A stretch of 64,000 bases of DNA from Campylobacterales bacterium (GTDB taxonomy: Bacteria; Campylobacterota; Campylobacteria; Campylobacterales; QNZT01): contig JALVVN010000006.1 in the NCBI GenBank assembly GCA_027023405.1, forward strand, positions 55,142 through 119,141, written 5' to 3'. How positions within the stretch are numbered: position 1 is the stretch's first letter; every line of letters begins with the position of its first letter. The position numbers were made by a program, and so were the translations under genes. The notes under the pieces are model-generated. The model searched no databases and was not told the DNA's origin. It saw only the letters and a list, made by a program, of their open reading frames with translations. Of this stretch, positions 1 to 8,571 are shown piece after piece.

Positions 1-502
1 CTTTTTCTACTTTACATTTATCTTCTTTCTCTTTGATAGCTCATTTTTTATGATCCAAGCCAAAGAGAGCGGTATCAAAATGGCACATATCCCACTGCTA
101 GTGATCTTGCTCAATCTTACACAAACCCTACTGAGTTACCCACTCGGGATATGGATCGACAAAATCGGTGCACAAAAGGTACTGCTACTCACTTTTGTAT
201 TCGGTATTTTGGCGATGGGTGCGTTGCGTTTTGATCTGGTGGTGCCGGGATTTATCCTTTTGGGCGTCTCCACCGTTGCCGGTTTAAACGCGATACGCTC
301 CTATATATCTGAAAATGCCCAAAACAGAGGTAGTCTCTATGGCATCTTTTATGGAGGAGTCGCTCTCTTTGCCGCTTTGGGTGCCATTGTGACAGGTGTT
401 ATATGGAAACATTTTGGTGTTGATATGAGTATCAATTTTTCATTGGGTGGCATAGGTTTGGTGATAATTTTTTATCTCATCATCTTCCATCAAAAAGGTT
501 AA
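1..502 (+). CDS. MFS-type transporter, C-terminal part (5' end lies upstream of the window)
   Basis: The frame is open from nt 2 to the stop at 500-502. The product is a series of hydrophobic helices (LLVILLNLTQTLLSYPLGIWIDKIG, GFILLGVSTVAGLNAIRSY, GVALFAALGAIVTGVIW) typical of the second half of major-facilitator permeases. Confidence 0.6.
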   Translation, partial: FFYFTFIFFLFDSSFFMIQAKESGIKMAHIPLLVILLNLTQTLLSYPLGIWIDKIGAQKVLLLTFVFGILAMGALRFDLVVPGFILLGVSTVAGLNAIRSYISENAQNRGSLYGIFYGGVALFAALGAIVTGVIWKHFGVDMSINFSLGGIGLVIIFYLIIFHQKG

Positions 503-560
503 ACCCAAATTTTGCATTAGAATTAGCAAAGATTTTGCAAATGCCCATAGCCAAAATTTG

Positions 561-770
561 CTAAAGGTTGTTATCTCTAATGCAATTTTTAGGAAACGGA
601 ATCCCAATCGTTCCAAACCACTTGGCGACCGCACCCATATCACTCCACTTCATCATTGCCGGCTCATAAAAGCCATATGCCACTGCCAAGCGCGCCAAAA
701 GCAACGCAGGTGATCGCAAATAGGAGCTAAGTCGTGAAAACTCTTTGTAGAATTGCTTACATTGCATCAC
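561..770 (-). pseudogene. Possible 3'-truncated DoxX-family membrane protein fragment
   Basis: The 69-aa product (LLLARLAVAYGFYEPAMMKWSD...WFGTIGIPFP) resembles only the N-terminal helices of DoxX-family proteins. No frame continues the pattern before the convergent transporter gene end at 502. Confidence 0.3.
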
Positions 771-865
771 ATCCTCCTTTTTTGATGTGATGCATTATGG
801 CATAATATTGCCACTATTGTCAGTGACGAGCGTCACATAACTATAATTTTTTCAAATAATAATGC

Positions 866-1423
866 TTAATGCGTCACTTTCCCAGTCAATTTTGTCTCGC
901 CAAGCACATGCCCTTTGATCGTCGCTTCAATACCTGCACGGTGTGTATCTTTAGGAGAAATCGTCGCGACATCAAGTGCGTAGAGATCGAAGATATAGCG
1001 ATGTGTTCCGCTTGGTGGGCACGGTGGATAGTAGGATTTGGCATTGACCTCATTTTGACCGAGTGTCGCGCCTTTGGGATTGCTCCCCTCTTCGACACGA
1101 TCAGTCGTTGCAGGGATGTTATAAGTGACCCAGTGTGTCCATAGACCACTTGGTGCATCGGGATCTTTGAGGATTAAGACAAAGCTTTTGGTACCTTTAG
1201 GGGCATTAAACCATCGAAGCGGCGGTGTATGTTTTCCCCCTTGACAAGTAAAAGCTTTGGGGATCACTTCACCTTCTTTGAAAGCCGGGCTTAAGAGCGT
1301 AAACGCTGCTGATGTACTTGTAAGTTTTTGTAGGTCTTCAGGCTTGGTCGCATTACCTCCACTACAACTAATTACGAACATTGTTGCAAACAATAGTGTT
1401 ATCCATTTGAGTCGTCTCATCAT
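866..1423 (-). CDS. YbhB/YbcL (PEBP, Raf-kinase-inhibitor-like) family periplasmic protein
   Basis: It has a signal/lipobox-like N-terminus (LLFATMFVISCSG). PEBP signatures are present: DPDAPSGLWTHWVTYNIP and GTHRYIFDLYALD. Confidence 0.85.
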   Translation of the reverse strand: MMRRLKWITLLFATMFVISCSGGNATKPEDLQKLTSTSAAFTLLSPAFKEGEVIPKAFTCQGGKHTPPLRWFNAPKGTKSFVLILKDPDAPSGLWTHWVTYNIPATTDRVEEGSNPKGATLGQNEVNAKSYYPPCPPSGTHRYIFDLYALDVATISPKDTHRAGIEATIKGHVLGETKLTGKVTH

Positions 1424-1469
1424 TTTCTCCTTCTACATTTAAGTGTGAATAATTATAGGTTATATTCTC

Positions 1470-3266
1470 TTAACCTTCCGAGCGAAGCTTCAAACACAAC
1501 TCCAAAAATGGCTCCCCGTAGCGCTCATACTTCACCTCTCCGATACCGTTGATTGCCAGCATCTCCGCTTTATTTTTGGGGAGGTAACTCGCAAGCTCCA
1601 AAAGCGTTTTGTCACTAAAGATGATATACGCAGGTAAATTTGCCGCCTTGGCAAGTCGGGCACGAAGCTCTCTAAGCGCTTCAAACTTCTCATCTTTGGG
1701 CGTATCGCGTTCAATCTCGAGTTTGAGATTAGAACTACGCTTGAGATCGACGAGATGTGTCGCGTCGATCTCAACCTTTTGCGCACCTTTGAGGATCTGC
1801 ACCCCCTTCTCTCTCATCACGATTGCACGATGCTCACCTGTCGTAATCGCTTCGATATCAAAGAGCCGATCGATGATGCGCTGCCACACCTGTTTGGATC
1901 GTTCTGTTCCGATCCCATATACCGAGAGTTTATCGTGGTCAAATTGCGCAATCTTAGCACTTTTACTCCCTCGCAATAGATCGATGAGATGATTTTGCCC
2001 AAAACGAGAGCCCGTACGATAGACCGCAGAGAGAAACATCCTCACTTCCCTCGTGATATCCTCCATCTGGGCAGGCTCTCTTTGGCAGTTGTCGCACTTG
2101 TCACCACATGCCTCGACCTCATCGCCGAAATATTGCCCCATCACCCGATGGCGACACCCTGAACCGACGGCATATCGATACATCTTGGAGAGTTTTCCCT
2201 CCAAGATCTCGCGATAGTGCTCATTGGGTGTATTTTGAATGAGTTCCCTCTTTTGTATCTCGTCGCTTTTGTTGAAGAGTAATAGCGTATGACTTGGCAG
2301 ACCATCCCGCCCCGCACGCCCAATCTCTTGGTAGTAACTCTCAAGCGTTTTAGGTAGCGAAGTGTGCAGAACAAAACGAATATTGCTCTTGTCGATCCCC
2401 ATTCCAAAGGCGATCGTCGCGACCACGATATCGATCCGATCATGGACAAAATCTTCATAGACTCGTTGCTTCTCCTCCTTCTCCAATCTTGCGTGATAGG
2501 CTTTTGCCGAGATATTGTGACTCTGTAAAAATCGCGCTAAATCCTCACACTCTTTTCTCGTAAATGTATAGATGATCCCACTCTCATCACGATGATCTTT
2601 GAGAAAATCCAAGACTTGAGAACGCCCGTTTTGGTGACGGGGCATACAGCTGACATGAAGATTTTCGCGAAAGACATTACCCCGCAGGATCAGCGGATCG
2701 TTGAGTCGCAAGCTCTTTGCGATATCGACCGCTACCTCTCGTGTCGCCGTTGCGGTAAAGGCGGCGATTGGTGTGTCGGGAAAGTGCTCTTTGAGTAGGG
2801 CAAGTTGCTGATAGTCACTCCGAAATTCATGCCCCCACTCACTCACACAGTGCGCCTCATCGATCACAAAAAAATTAACATGCAACTTCTTCAAAAAGTC
2901 GATAAAAGAGGGCAATATCAAACGCTCTGGAGCGACATAGAGCAACTTCACCCTCCCCCCGTGAAGCTTCCCGAAAATATCATTTCGCTCCGCCTCACTC
3001 AAATCTGAATGAATCGTCACCGCCTCAATACCTGAGACTTGTAGATTACGCACCTGATCCTGCATTAATGCAATAAGCGGAGATACCACCACACTCAACC
3101 CCTCACTCATGAGTGTCGGTAGCTGATAGCAGAGCGACTTCCCCGCACCCGTCGGCAAAATCGTCAACAGATCACGCCCACCCAGCAGTGCATCGATCGA
3201 CTCCTCCTGAAAAGGTCGAAACTGCTCATAACCGAAATACTCTTTTAAAACTTGATATTTATCCAT
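1470..3266 (-). CDS. recQ: ATP-dependent DNA helicase RecQ
   Basis: Motifs present: FGYEQFRPFQEE, Walker A PTGAGKSLCYQLP, DEAH box VIDEAHCVSEWGHEFR, a zinc-binding Cys cluster (CRHR...CGDKCDNC) and a C-terminal HRDC-like region. Length is 598 aa. Confidence 0.95.
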   Translation of the reverse strand: MDKYQVLKEYFGYEQFRPFQEESIDALLGGRDLLTILPTGAGKSLCYQLPTLMSEGLSVVVSPLIALMQDQVRNLQVSGIEAVTIHSDLSEAERNDIFGKLHGGRVKLLYVAPERLILPSFIDFLKKLHVNFFVIDEAHCVSEWGHEFRSDYQQLALLKEHFPDTPIAAFTATATREVAVDIAKSLRLNDPLILRGNVFRENLHVSCMPRHQNGRSQVLDFLKDHRDESGIIYTFTRKECEDLARFLQSHNISAKAYHARLEKEEKQRVYEDFVHDRIDIVVATIAFGMGIDKSNIRFVLHTSLPKTLESYYQEIGRAGRDGLPSHTLLLFNKSDEIQKRELIQNTPNEHYREILEGKLSKMYRYAVGSGCRHRVMGQYFGDEVEACGDKCDNCQREPAQMEDITREVRMFLSAVYRTGSRFGQNHLIDLLRGSKSAKIAQFDHDKLSVYGIGTERSKQVWQRIIDRLFDIEAITTGEHRAIVMREKGVQILKGAQKVEIDATHLVDLKRSSNLKLEIERDTPKDEKFEALRELRARLAKAANLPAYIIFSDKTLLELASYLPKNKAEMLAINGIGEVKYERYGEPFLELCLKLRSEG

Positions 3267-3310
3267 AATACATATCTTAGCAAAATTTCATAATTTTGTA
3301 AGATAAACCC
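3261..3310. repeat. Direct repeat copy 1 (about 50 nt), containing the recQ start codon and AT-rich promoter-like sequence
   Basis: atccataatacatatcttagcaaaatttcataattttgtaagataaaccc matches 3841-3890 at roughly 43 of 50 positions, exactly 580 bp away in the same orientation. Confidence 0.8.
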
Positions 3311-3358
3311 AAATCTCGAAATAGAATTCTTTGAATTTGTATTATGCTTGTATTCGTG
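3308..3358 (+). repeat. Copy a of the CCCAAATCTCGAAATAGA repeat family
   Basis: 51 nt match 10254-10304 at 45 of 51 positions. The first 18 nt also recur at 31165-31182 and, inverted, the first 16 nt recur at 10398-10413. Confidence 0.8.
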
Positions 3359-3478
3359 ATATAGCTTCTCTTACGATTCTAAATATGTGGACATCTAGGG
3401 TTTTTAGAGGTTCCCTTAAGTTAATTTACCCCATAATCCCGATTCAAATCTGTTTTAAGTTTTCAAAGGAATATGCTT

Positions 3479-3841
3479 ATGAATTTACAAATTGTCTTGA
3501 TACCTTTTCTCTTTCTCTCAGTTTTTACAAGTACCTCTCTTTTTGCACAAGACTTCAAAGCCTTGTATCAAAAAGATTGCGCTATGTGTCATGAACTGAC
3601 TGATCCCAATTTGGTCATAGCACCGCCTATGATGGCGATAGTTTCTGTCTACAAAAAGTCATATCCACAAAAAGAGGCATTCGTCAAACACACATTGCAA
3701 TTTATACTTTCTCCCTCACGCCAAAATTCACTGATGGGAGAGAAGACAATTAAGCAATATGGATTGATGATTTCACAAAAAGGGGCGATGCCAGAAAAAG
3801 AGCTAGAAGCATTGATTGCTTATCTTTACGATAAGTATTAA
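3479..3841 (+). CDS. Small periplasmic monoheme c-type cytochrome
   Basis: It has a signal peptide (MNLQIVLIPFLFLSVFTSTSLFA), a single CAMCH heme-binding motif and a downstream PPMM candidate Met ligand. The ATG at 3479 is 8 nt after an AAGGA Shine-Dalgarno; the track ORF starts at 3473. Confidence 0.75.
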   Translation: MNLQIVLIPFLFLSVFTSTSLFAQDFKALYQKDCAMCHELTDPNLVIAPPMMAIVSVYKKSYPQKEAFVKHTLQFILSPSRQNSLMGEKTIKQYGLMISQKGAMPEKELEALIAYLYDKY

Positions 3842-3890
3842 TCCATAACACATATCTTCACAAAATTTCACAATTTTTTTAGATAAACTA
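3841..3890. repeat. Direct repeat copy 2 (about 50 nt)
   Basis: atccataacacatatcttcacaaaatttcacaatttttttagataaacta is homologous to 3261-3310. It even reproduces the ATGGAT (reverse strand) that forms the first two recQ codons in copy 1. Confidence 0.8.
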
Positions 3891-3925
3891 GCTACAATAG
3901 GTTAGTTTCACTATAAGGAAAAGCA

Positions 3926-4426
3926 ATGCTCAAAAGGATACTACTTCTTTTAACGATTTTCACTATCTCACTCTTTGCACTTGGCGAGGAGATTCACAAC
4001 TTCACTTATGAGAAAAGCTACTATACGGCCCTCAAAAAAGCGAAAGAGCAAAACAAAGTGCTCCTTGTGATGATTAAAAAAGAGGGTTGTCCAAACTGCG
4101 CTTATATGAAAGATATCGTTTTTGAACGGCCCAAAGTGCTTGAGTATATGAAGAATAACTATATAACCGTACTACTTGATATCGATCACCGCTACTACCC
4201 TAAGCGCTTTATCTCTCACCGCGCGCCTACCTTTTTCTTTATCAATCCCAAAGATGAGAGTGAACTCCGCCCCAAAAAGATCGGTGGTTCGCGCCCATGG
4301 AAATTTCTCGAAGAGCTCACAGAGGTACGCAATAAATATGATGGTATCGACACCAATATCACCGTCACCCCGGAGGAAACTAACGAAAGCAAAGTACCCG
4401 GAAGCCACATTGAGGTCGTCTATTAA
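3926..4426 (+). CDS. Periplasmic thioredoxin-fold protein (CPNC active-site motif)
   Basis: It has a signal peptide (MLKRILLLLTIFTISLFALG). The motif KVLLVMIKKEGCPNCAYMK has the layout of thioredoxin-like/DUF255-type proteins. Confidence 0.6.
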   Translation: MLKRILLLLTIFTISLFALGEEIHNFTYEKSYYTALKKAKEQNKVLLVMIKKEGCPNCAYMKDIVFERPKVLEYMKNNYITVLLDIDHRYYPKRFISHRAPTFFFINPKDESELRPKKIGGSRPWKFLEELTEVRNKYDGIDTNITVTPEETNESKVPGSHIEVVY

Positions 4427-4491
4427 TATTTAATGGCGTTCTTGTGTTATGATTTTCATCACACAAATATTTTAGAAAAAGGTTACAGATA

Positions 4492-4890
4492 ATGAAAATT
4501 GTTTTTGCTTTATTGGTTTTATTACCGCTATCACTCTTTGCAAAATTTCAACATATCGACATTAAAGAGACACAACAACTCATGAAAAAAGGTGTACCCG
4601 TCATCGATATCCGTACACCGCCGGAGTGGAAAGAGACAGGTGTCATTCCCGGTGCACATAAGATTATGTTCTTTGATCAGCGAGGTCGTTACAATGTCCA
4701 AAAGTGGCTCAAAACTTTTAGCAAAGTGGTCAAGGATAAAAACCAACCCTTTATCCTCGTCTGCCACACTGCCAACCGCACCAAAATGGTCGGTCAATTT
4801 TTAGATAAACAGATGGGATACAAACATGTCTATGATCTCAAAGGCGGGATCGACCACTGGATCCGCGCCCATCAAAAAGTAGTTAAATAG
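4492..4890 (+). CDS. Periplasmic rhodanese-domain sulfurtransferase
   Basis: It has a signal peptide (MKIVFALLVLLPLSLFA), a rhodanese pattern (VIDIRTPPEWKETGVIPGA) and an active-site loop CHTANRT. Confidence 0.8.
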   Translation: MKIVFALLVLLPLSLFAKFQHIDIKETQQLMKKGVPVIDIRTPPEWKETGVIPGAHKIMFFDQRGRYNVQKWLKTFSKVVKDKNQPFILVCHTANRTKMVGQFLDKQMGYKHVYDLKGGIDHWIRAHQKVVK

Positions 4891-5743
4891 TTTCCTTCAA
4901 CGCTTCGAGTCGTGCGATCCGATTTTGCGTACTCGGATGCGTGGAAAAGAGTGAACTAAATGAGATATCTTTCCCCGTAAAAGGATTGACGATAAACATA
5001 TGCGCGCTCTGTGGTGTTGCATCGTGCATCACACCCTGTTTGTTATAGTTTTCCAATTTCATCAGAGCTGACTGGAGCCACTCCGGATGTTTTGTCAATT
5101 TTGCCGCACCCTCATCTGCTAAAAACTCCCGATTTCTGCTCACTGCCATCTGAACGATCGACGCTGCCATGGGCGCCAAAAAGACCAATGCCATCATCAC
5201 AATTGGATTGGGTCTCTCCTCACGATCCCCTCCTCCAAACATCATACCGAAGTTCGCCAACATCGCAATCGCTCCGGCAATCGTCGCAGCAATCGTACTG
5301 ATCAAAATATCATAATGCTTCACATGGCTCATCTCATGTGCCAATACCGCCTCCACCTCATCCTCATCGAGCAACTCCAGTAACCCCTCCGTCACCGCCA
5401 CTGCGGCATGTTGTGGATTTCGTCCTGTAGCAAAAGCATTAGGAACATGATCGGGAATGATATAGACTTTTGGCATCGGTGTACCAGCCTTTTGCGCGAG
5501 TCGTCTCACGATCGCATACAACCCTTGCGCGCTTCGCTCATCCACCTCCACCGCGTGGTAGTGACTGAGTACCATCTTATCAGAGTTAAAATAGCTCCAA
5601 AAGTTCATCCCCAGCGCCATGATAAAAGCTATCATCATACCGCTCTTTCCACCAATCATCCCACCAATCCAAACAAAACCGAGTGTCAAAAGTGTCAATA
5701 GTATCGTCGTCTTAACAACTTCCATAATCGATTCCTCCCTCAT
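4883..5743 (-). CDS. htpX: Zinc metalloprotease HtpX
   Basis: It has an HEMSH zinc motif, four hydrophobic segments and the C-terminal FSTHPSTQNRIARL motif typical of HtpX/M48 peptidases. Confidence 0.9.
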   Translation of the reverse strand: MREESIMEVVKTTILLTLLTLGFVWIGGMIGGKSGMMIAFIMALGMNFWSYFNSDKMVLSHYHAVEVDERSAQGLYAIVRRLAQKAGTPMPKVYIIPDHVPNAFATGRNPQHAAVAVTEGLLELLDEDEVEAVLAHEMSHVKHYDILISTIAATIAGAIAMLANFGMMFGGGDREERPNPIVMMALVFLAPMAASIVQMAVSRNREFLADEGAAKLTKHPEWLQSALMKLENYNKQGVMHDATPQSAHMFIVNPFTGKDISFSSLFSTHPSTQNRIARLEALKETI

Positions 5744-6104
5744 ATAAAATACCGTCTATCGCATGCTCCGCCACCCACTCAAGATCACTCTCTTTGGAGG
5801 TGTAGCAGAGTATCTTCGAATCTATAACATAATCATCGGCAAACTTCTGCCCCTTTTGTACCAAACTCTTATCACACACAAGATAGAGAGGGTCAAACGA
5901 TGAAGCCAAGATCAGCTCCTTGAAGCTATCCACGATCAGTGCAAACGCCACCCTCTCTTTTTGACAATGGCGACAAAGCGAGATCATACTCTCCTTAAAC
6001 TCAAAGATCACCGTGCTATTGGGCGGTGTCTTGACGATATCCTCCTCAGATCGGATAAAATAGAGTGGCCGATACGCAATGATTGGATCTCCGATAATGA
6101 TCAT
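5712..6104 (-). CDS. Hypothetical protein (130 aa)
   Basis: The ORF abuts the upstream small gene (6105) and overlaps the htpX start by 32 nt, consistent with an operon. I recognise no diagnostic motif. Confidence 0.4.
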   Translation of the reverse strand: MIIIGDPIIAYRPLYFIRSEEDIVKTPPNSTVIFEFKESMISLCRHCQKERVAFALIVDSFKELILASSFDPLYLVCDKSLVQKGQKFADDYVIDSKILCYTSKESDLEWVAEHAIDGILYEGGIDYGSC

Positions 6105-6305
6105 CTAGCTCTCCGCGCACGCTTGGGAGCAGTAGTATTTCCCCGCTTTAACAATCGCTTCATCGCTTGCGATATAGGTTTTACAGCTACTACACTCCAC
6201 CATCGTCACCTCATCGTTCCCCTTTTTGGGCTGATCTAATACGCTCTTTCGAAAGAAAAAGTAGTAGATCGCATAGCCCACTGCGGCAAAAACAAGTAAT
6301 TTCAT
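6105..6305 (-). CDS. PP0621-family small membrane/zinc-ribbon protein
   Basis: A 66-aa product with an N-terminal TM helix followed by CSSCKTY...YYCSQAC. This is the architecture I recall for PP0621-family proteins. Confidence 0.55.
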   Translation of the reverse strand: MKLLVFAAVGYAIYYFFFRKSVLDQPKKGNDEVTMVECSSCKTYIASDEAIVKAGKYYCSQACAES

Positions 6306-6841
6306 CTCTTAAACCCTTTGATATATAGATATTTTCTCACGCCTCTCTCGATGATCTCATATGAAAAATCGGCATCTTTCAACTCATCTTTCACACTGCT
6401 TCCCTTGTAAAAGAGGACTTCCGTATCCGGACAAATAAAAGCATCCGCCAACGAGAGCAGTTGCGCCGTATCGGTCACGGCACGAGAAGTGATCAGATCA
6501 GCGCAAAACGGCTCTGTATCTTCGATACGACTCTGTAAAATTGTCACATTTTGCAAATCATAAGTGCTCTTGATCAGGTGCAAAAAAGCAACGCGTTTTT
6601 GAAGTGGCTCCACTAGTGTAAAGTGCACCTCACGAAAGGCAATCGCCAGCACCATCCCAGGAAATCCTGCACCCGTCCCAATATCCAATACCCGCTTCAA
6701 CGACCCAAAGTCAATAAACGAGCGCGGATAGAGCGAATCCTCGATATATTCCCACACCGCTTCAACTGTTTTGAGACCACTGAGGCGATGGGTGCGATTG
6801 TAGCGCAACAGAAGATCGATATACTCTTGATAGATTTGCAT
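6302..6841 (-). CDS. rsmG: 16S rRNA (guanine527-N7)-methyltransferase RsmG (GidB)
   Basis: It has the SAM-binding motif VLDIGTGAGFPGMVLAI and GidB-like length and layout (179 aa). Confidence 0.88.
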   Translation of the reverse strand: MQIYQEYIDLLLRYNRTHRLSGLKTVEAVWEYIEDSLYPRSFIDFGSLKRVLDIGTGAGFPGMVLAIAFREVHFTLVEPLQKRVAFLHLIKSTYDLQNVTILQSRIEDTEPFCADLITSRAVTDTAQLLSLADAFICPDTEVLFYKGSSVKDELKDADFSYEIIERGVRKYLYIKGFKR

Positions 6842-6871
6842 AGGGGTATTATAGCAGTTTTGAAAGAGAAT

Positions 6872-7435
6872 CTATAACAGATGTCCCATCTTTTTTTTCT
6901 TCACGCTTAGATAGTCTCTGTTGTGTTCATTTTCACCTACCACGATCGGCAATCGCTCAACTATTTCAATGCCCTCTAGCGACTCAATCTTTTTTGGATT
7001 ATTGGTCAAAAGTTTGATCCGTTTGATCTCAAAATAGTTTAAGATCATCTCCACAATCTCATAACTTCTCTCATCATCTGAAAAACCGAGCTGATGGTTC
7101 GCCTCGACGGTATCGAGTCCTTCATCCTGTAAGGCGTAAGCATTGATTTTGTTGAGCAGACCGATATTTCGCCCCTCCTGTCGCAGATAGAGCACCATAC
7201 CACCCTCTTTCGAGATTAGATCAAGCGCAAAATCGAGCTGCTCACCACAGTCACACTTCAAACTCCCCAGCGCATCCCCCGTCAAACACTCACTATGTAT
7301 CCGCACGATAGGCACCTTAGGCAGTTCAGGGGTAAAGATCGCCAAATGCTCCTTCTCCCTCTCTTTAAAACTCTGCACCAAAAAGGTACCGTGCTTGGTA
7401 GGGAGAGTTGCAACTTTGGATATTTCGATATTCAT
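6872..7435 (-). CDS. ribA: GTP cyclohydrolase II
   Basis: Motifs present: [23 protein letters not shown] (zinc site), [15 protein letters not shown] and LLTNNPKK. Confidence 0.9.
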   Translation of the reverse strand: MNIEISKVATLPTKHGTFLVQSFKEREKEHLAIFTPELPKVPIVRIHSECLTGDALGSLKCDCGEQLDFALDLISKEGGMVLYLRQEGRNIGLLNKINAYALQDEGLDTVEANHQLGFSDDERSYEIVEMILNYFEIKRIKLLTNNPKKIESLEGIEIVERLPIVVGENEHNRDYLSVKKKKMGHLL

Positions 7436-7453
7436 TACAAATTTTTCCTAAAG

Positions 7454-7585
7454 GTATGATAGAATTGGATTTGTCTATTGTGTATAGGTTTACGAACAAC
7501 CTCTACAGCGTAAGGGTCAAAATTTGGCACAAATTTTGGGGCACCCTAGTGAGGAAACCTATACACAATAGACAAACCCAATCAT
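7454..7585. repeat. Long inverted repeat / rod-like hairpin in the divergent ribA-hemB intergenic region
   Basis: A perfect 22-bp inverted repeat, tttgtctattgtgtataggttt (7469-7490) with aaacctatacacaatagacaaa (7554-7575), is extended by 3+6 more pairs across a bulge. The 63-nt loop contains its own 8-bp hairpin (7517-7524 / 7530-7537). Confidence 0.7.
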
Positions 7586-7605
7586 AACAAAACAAAAGGA
7601 AATCT

Positions 7606-8571
7606 ATGTTTAAACGCTTTAGACGCCTTAGAATCAATCCAAATCTTCGTGATCTTGTCCAAGAGACACACCTACACAAAACCGATCTCATCTATCCTCT
7701 CTTTATCAAAAGCGGTCAAGGCATCCGAAACGAAATCGCCTCCATGCCCGGTGTCTTTCAGCTCAGTATCGATGAAGCGATCAAAGAGTGTGAGAGTCTC
7801 AAAACACTCGGGATCACAGCAATCATCCTCTTTGGGATCCCCGAAGTCAAGGACAGCATCGGCAGTGACGCGCTTTGTGAACACGGGATCATCGCAACTG
7901 CCATCAAAGCGATCAAATCCGCCCACCCCGATCTCTTTATCATCACCGATCTCTGCTTTTGCGAGTACACCGATCACGGTCACTGCGGTATCCTCGATCA
8001 CAAGCACCAAACCGTCAACAACGACGCCACATTAGACATCCTAAACAATCAGGCATGCATTCACGCTCAAGCCGGTGTCGATATGATCGCCCCTAGCGGT
8101 ATGATGGACGGGATGATTATTTCACTTCGAGACGCCCTTGATAAAGCGGGTTTTGAAAACCTGCCGATCATGAGCTACTCGAGCAAATTTGCCTCCGCCT
8201 ATTACGGTCCTTTTCGAGATGTCGCCGAATCGGCTCCGAGTTTTGGCGATCGGCGAAGCTACCAAATGAACCCCGCCAACCGAAGAGAGGCGATCTTGGA
8301 GAGTATCGAAGATGAAAAAGAGGGCGCCGATATCTTGATGATCAAACCCGCACTTGCCTATATGGATATCATCCGAGAGGTGAGAGATGCCACGCGACTA
8401 CCGCTAGCGGTCTACAATGTCAGCGGTGAGTACGCCATGCTCAAAGCGGCACAAAAAGCGGGTATCATCGACTATGAGAGAGTCATGATGGAGACGCTGC
8501 TTGGCTTTAAGCGCGCAGGGGCTGATCTCATCATTACCTATCACGCCAAAGAGGCGGCAGCACTGTTATGA
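7606..8571 (+). CDS. hemB: Porphobilinogen synthase (delta-aminolevulinic acid dehydratase)
   Basis: N-terminal RRLR...LRDLVQET, a [12 protein letters not shown] metal site, and active-site regions ([28 protein letters not shown]). Length is 321 aa. Confidence 0.95.
   Translation: MFKRFRRLRINPNLRDLVQETHLHKTDLIYPLFIKSGQGIRNEIASMPGVFQLSIDEAIKECESLKTLGITAIILFGIPEVKDSIGSDALCEHGIIATAIKAIKSAHPDLFIITDLCFCEYTDHGHCGILDHKHQTVNNDATLDILNNQACIHAQAGVDMIAPSGMMDGMIISLRDALDKAGFENLPIMSYSSKFASAYYGPFRDVAESAPSFGDRRSYQMNPANRREAILESIEDEKEGADILMIKPALAYMDIIREVRDATRLPLAVYNVSGEYAMLKAAQKAGIIDYERVMMETLLGFKRAGADLIITYHAKEAAALL

Noticed and set aside
764-793. A 10-bp hairpin (gcatcacatc / gatgtgatgc) enclosing the Shine-Dalgarno and start codons of the DoxX-like fragment, as a possible translational switch.
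   Set aside because: The associated gene appears truncated and non-functional. A single short hairpin without conservation data is insufficient evidence.
3395-3409. An exact 15-mer ctagggtttttagag shared with 41450-41464.
   Set aside because: A single 15-nt match is about what chance allows in 64 kb of AT-biased sequence on this scale. The flanks show no further similarity.
7436-7605. Possible FMN (RFN) riboswitch upstream of ribA.
   Set aside because: The region lacks the conserved RFN core sequences I know (the GGGTGAAATTCCC / CCGGCGGTA-type boxes). The structure is a simple long inverted repeat instead.
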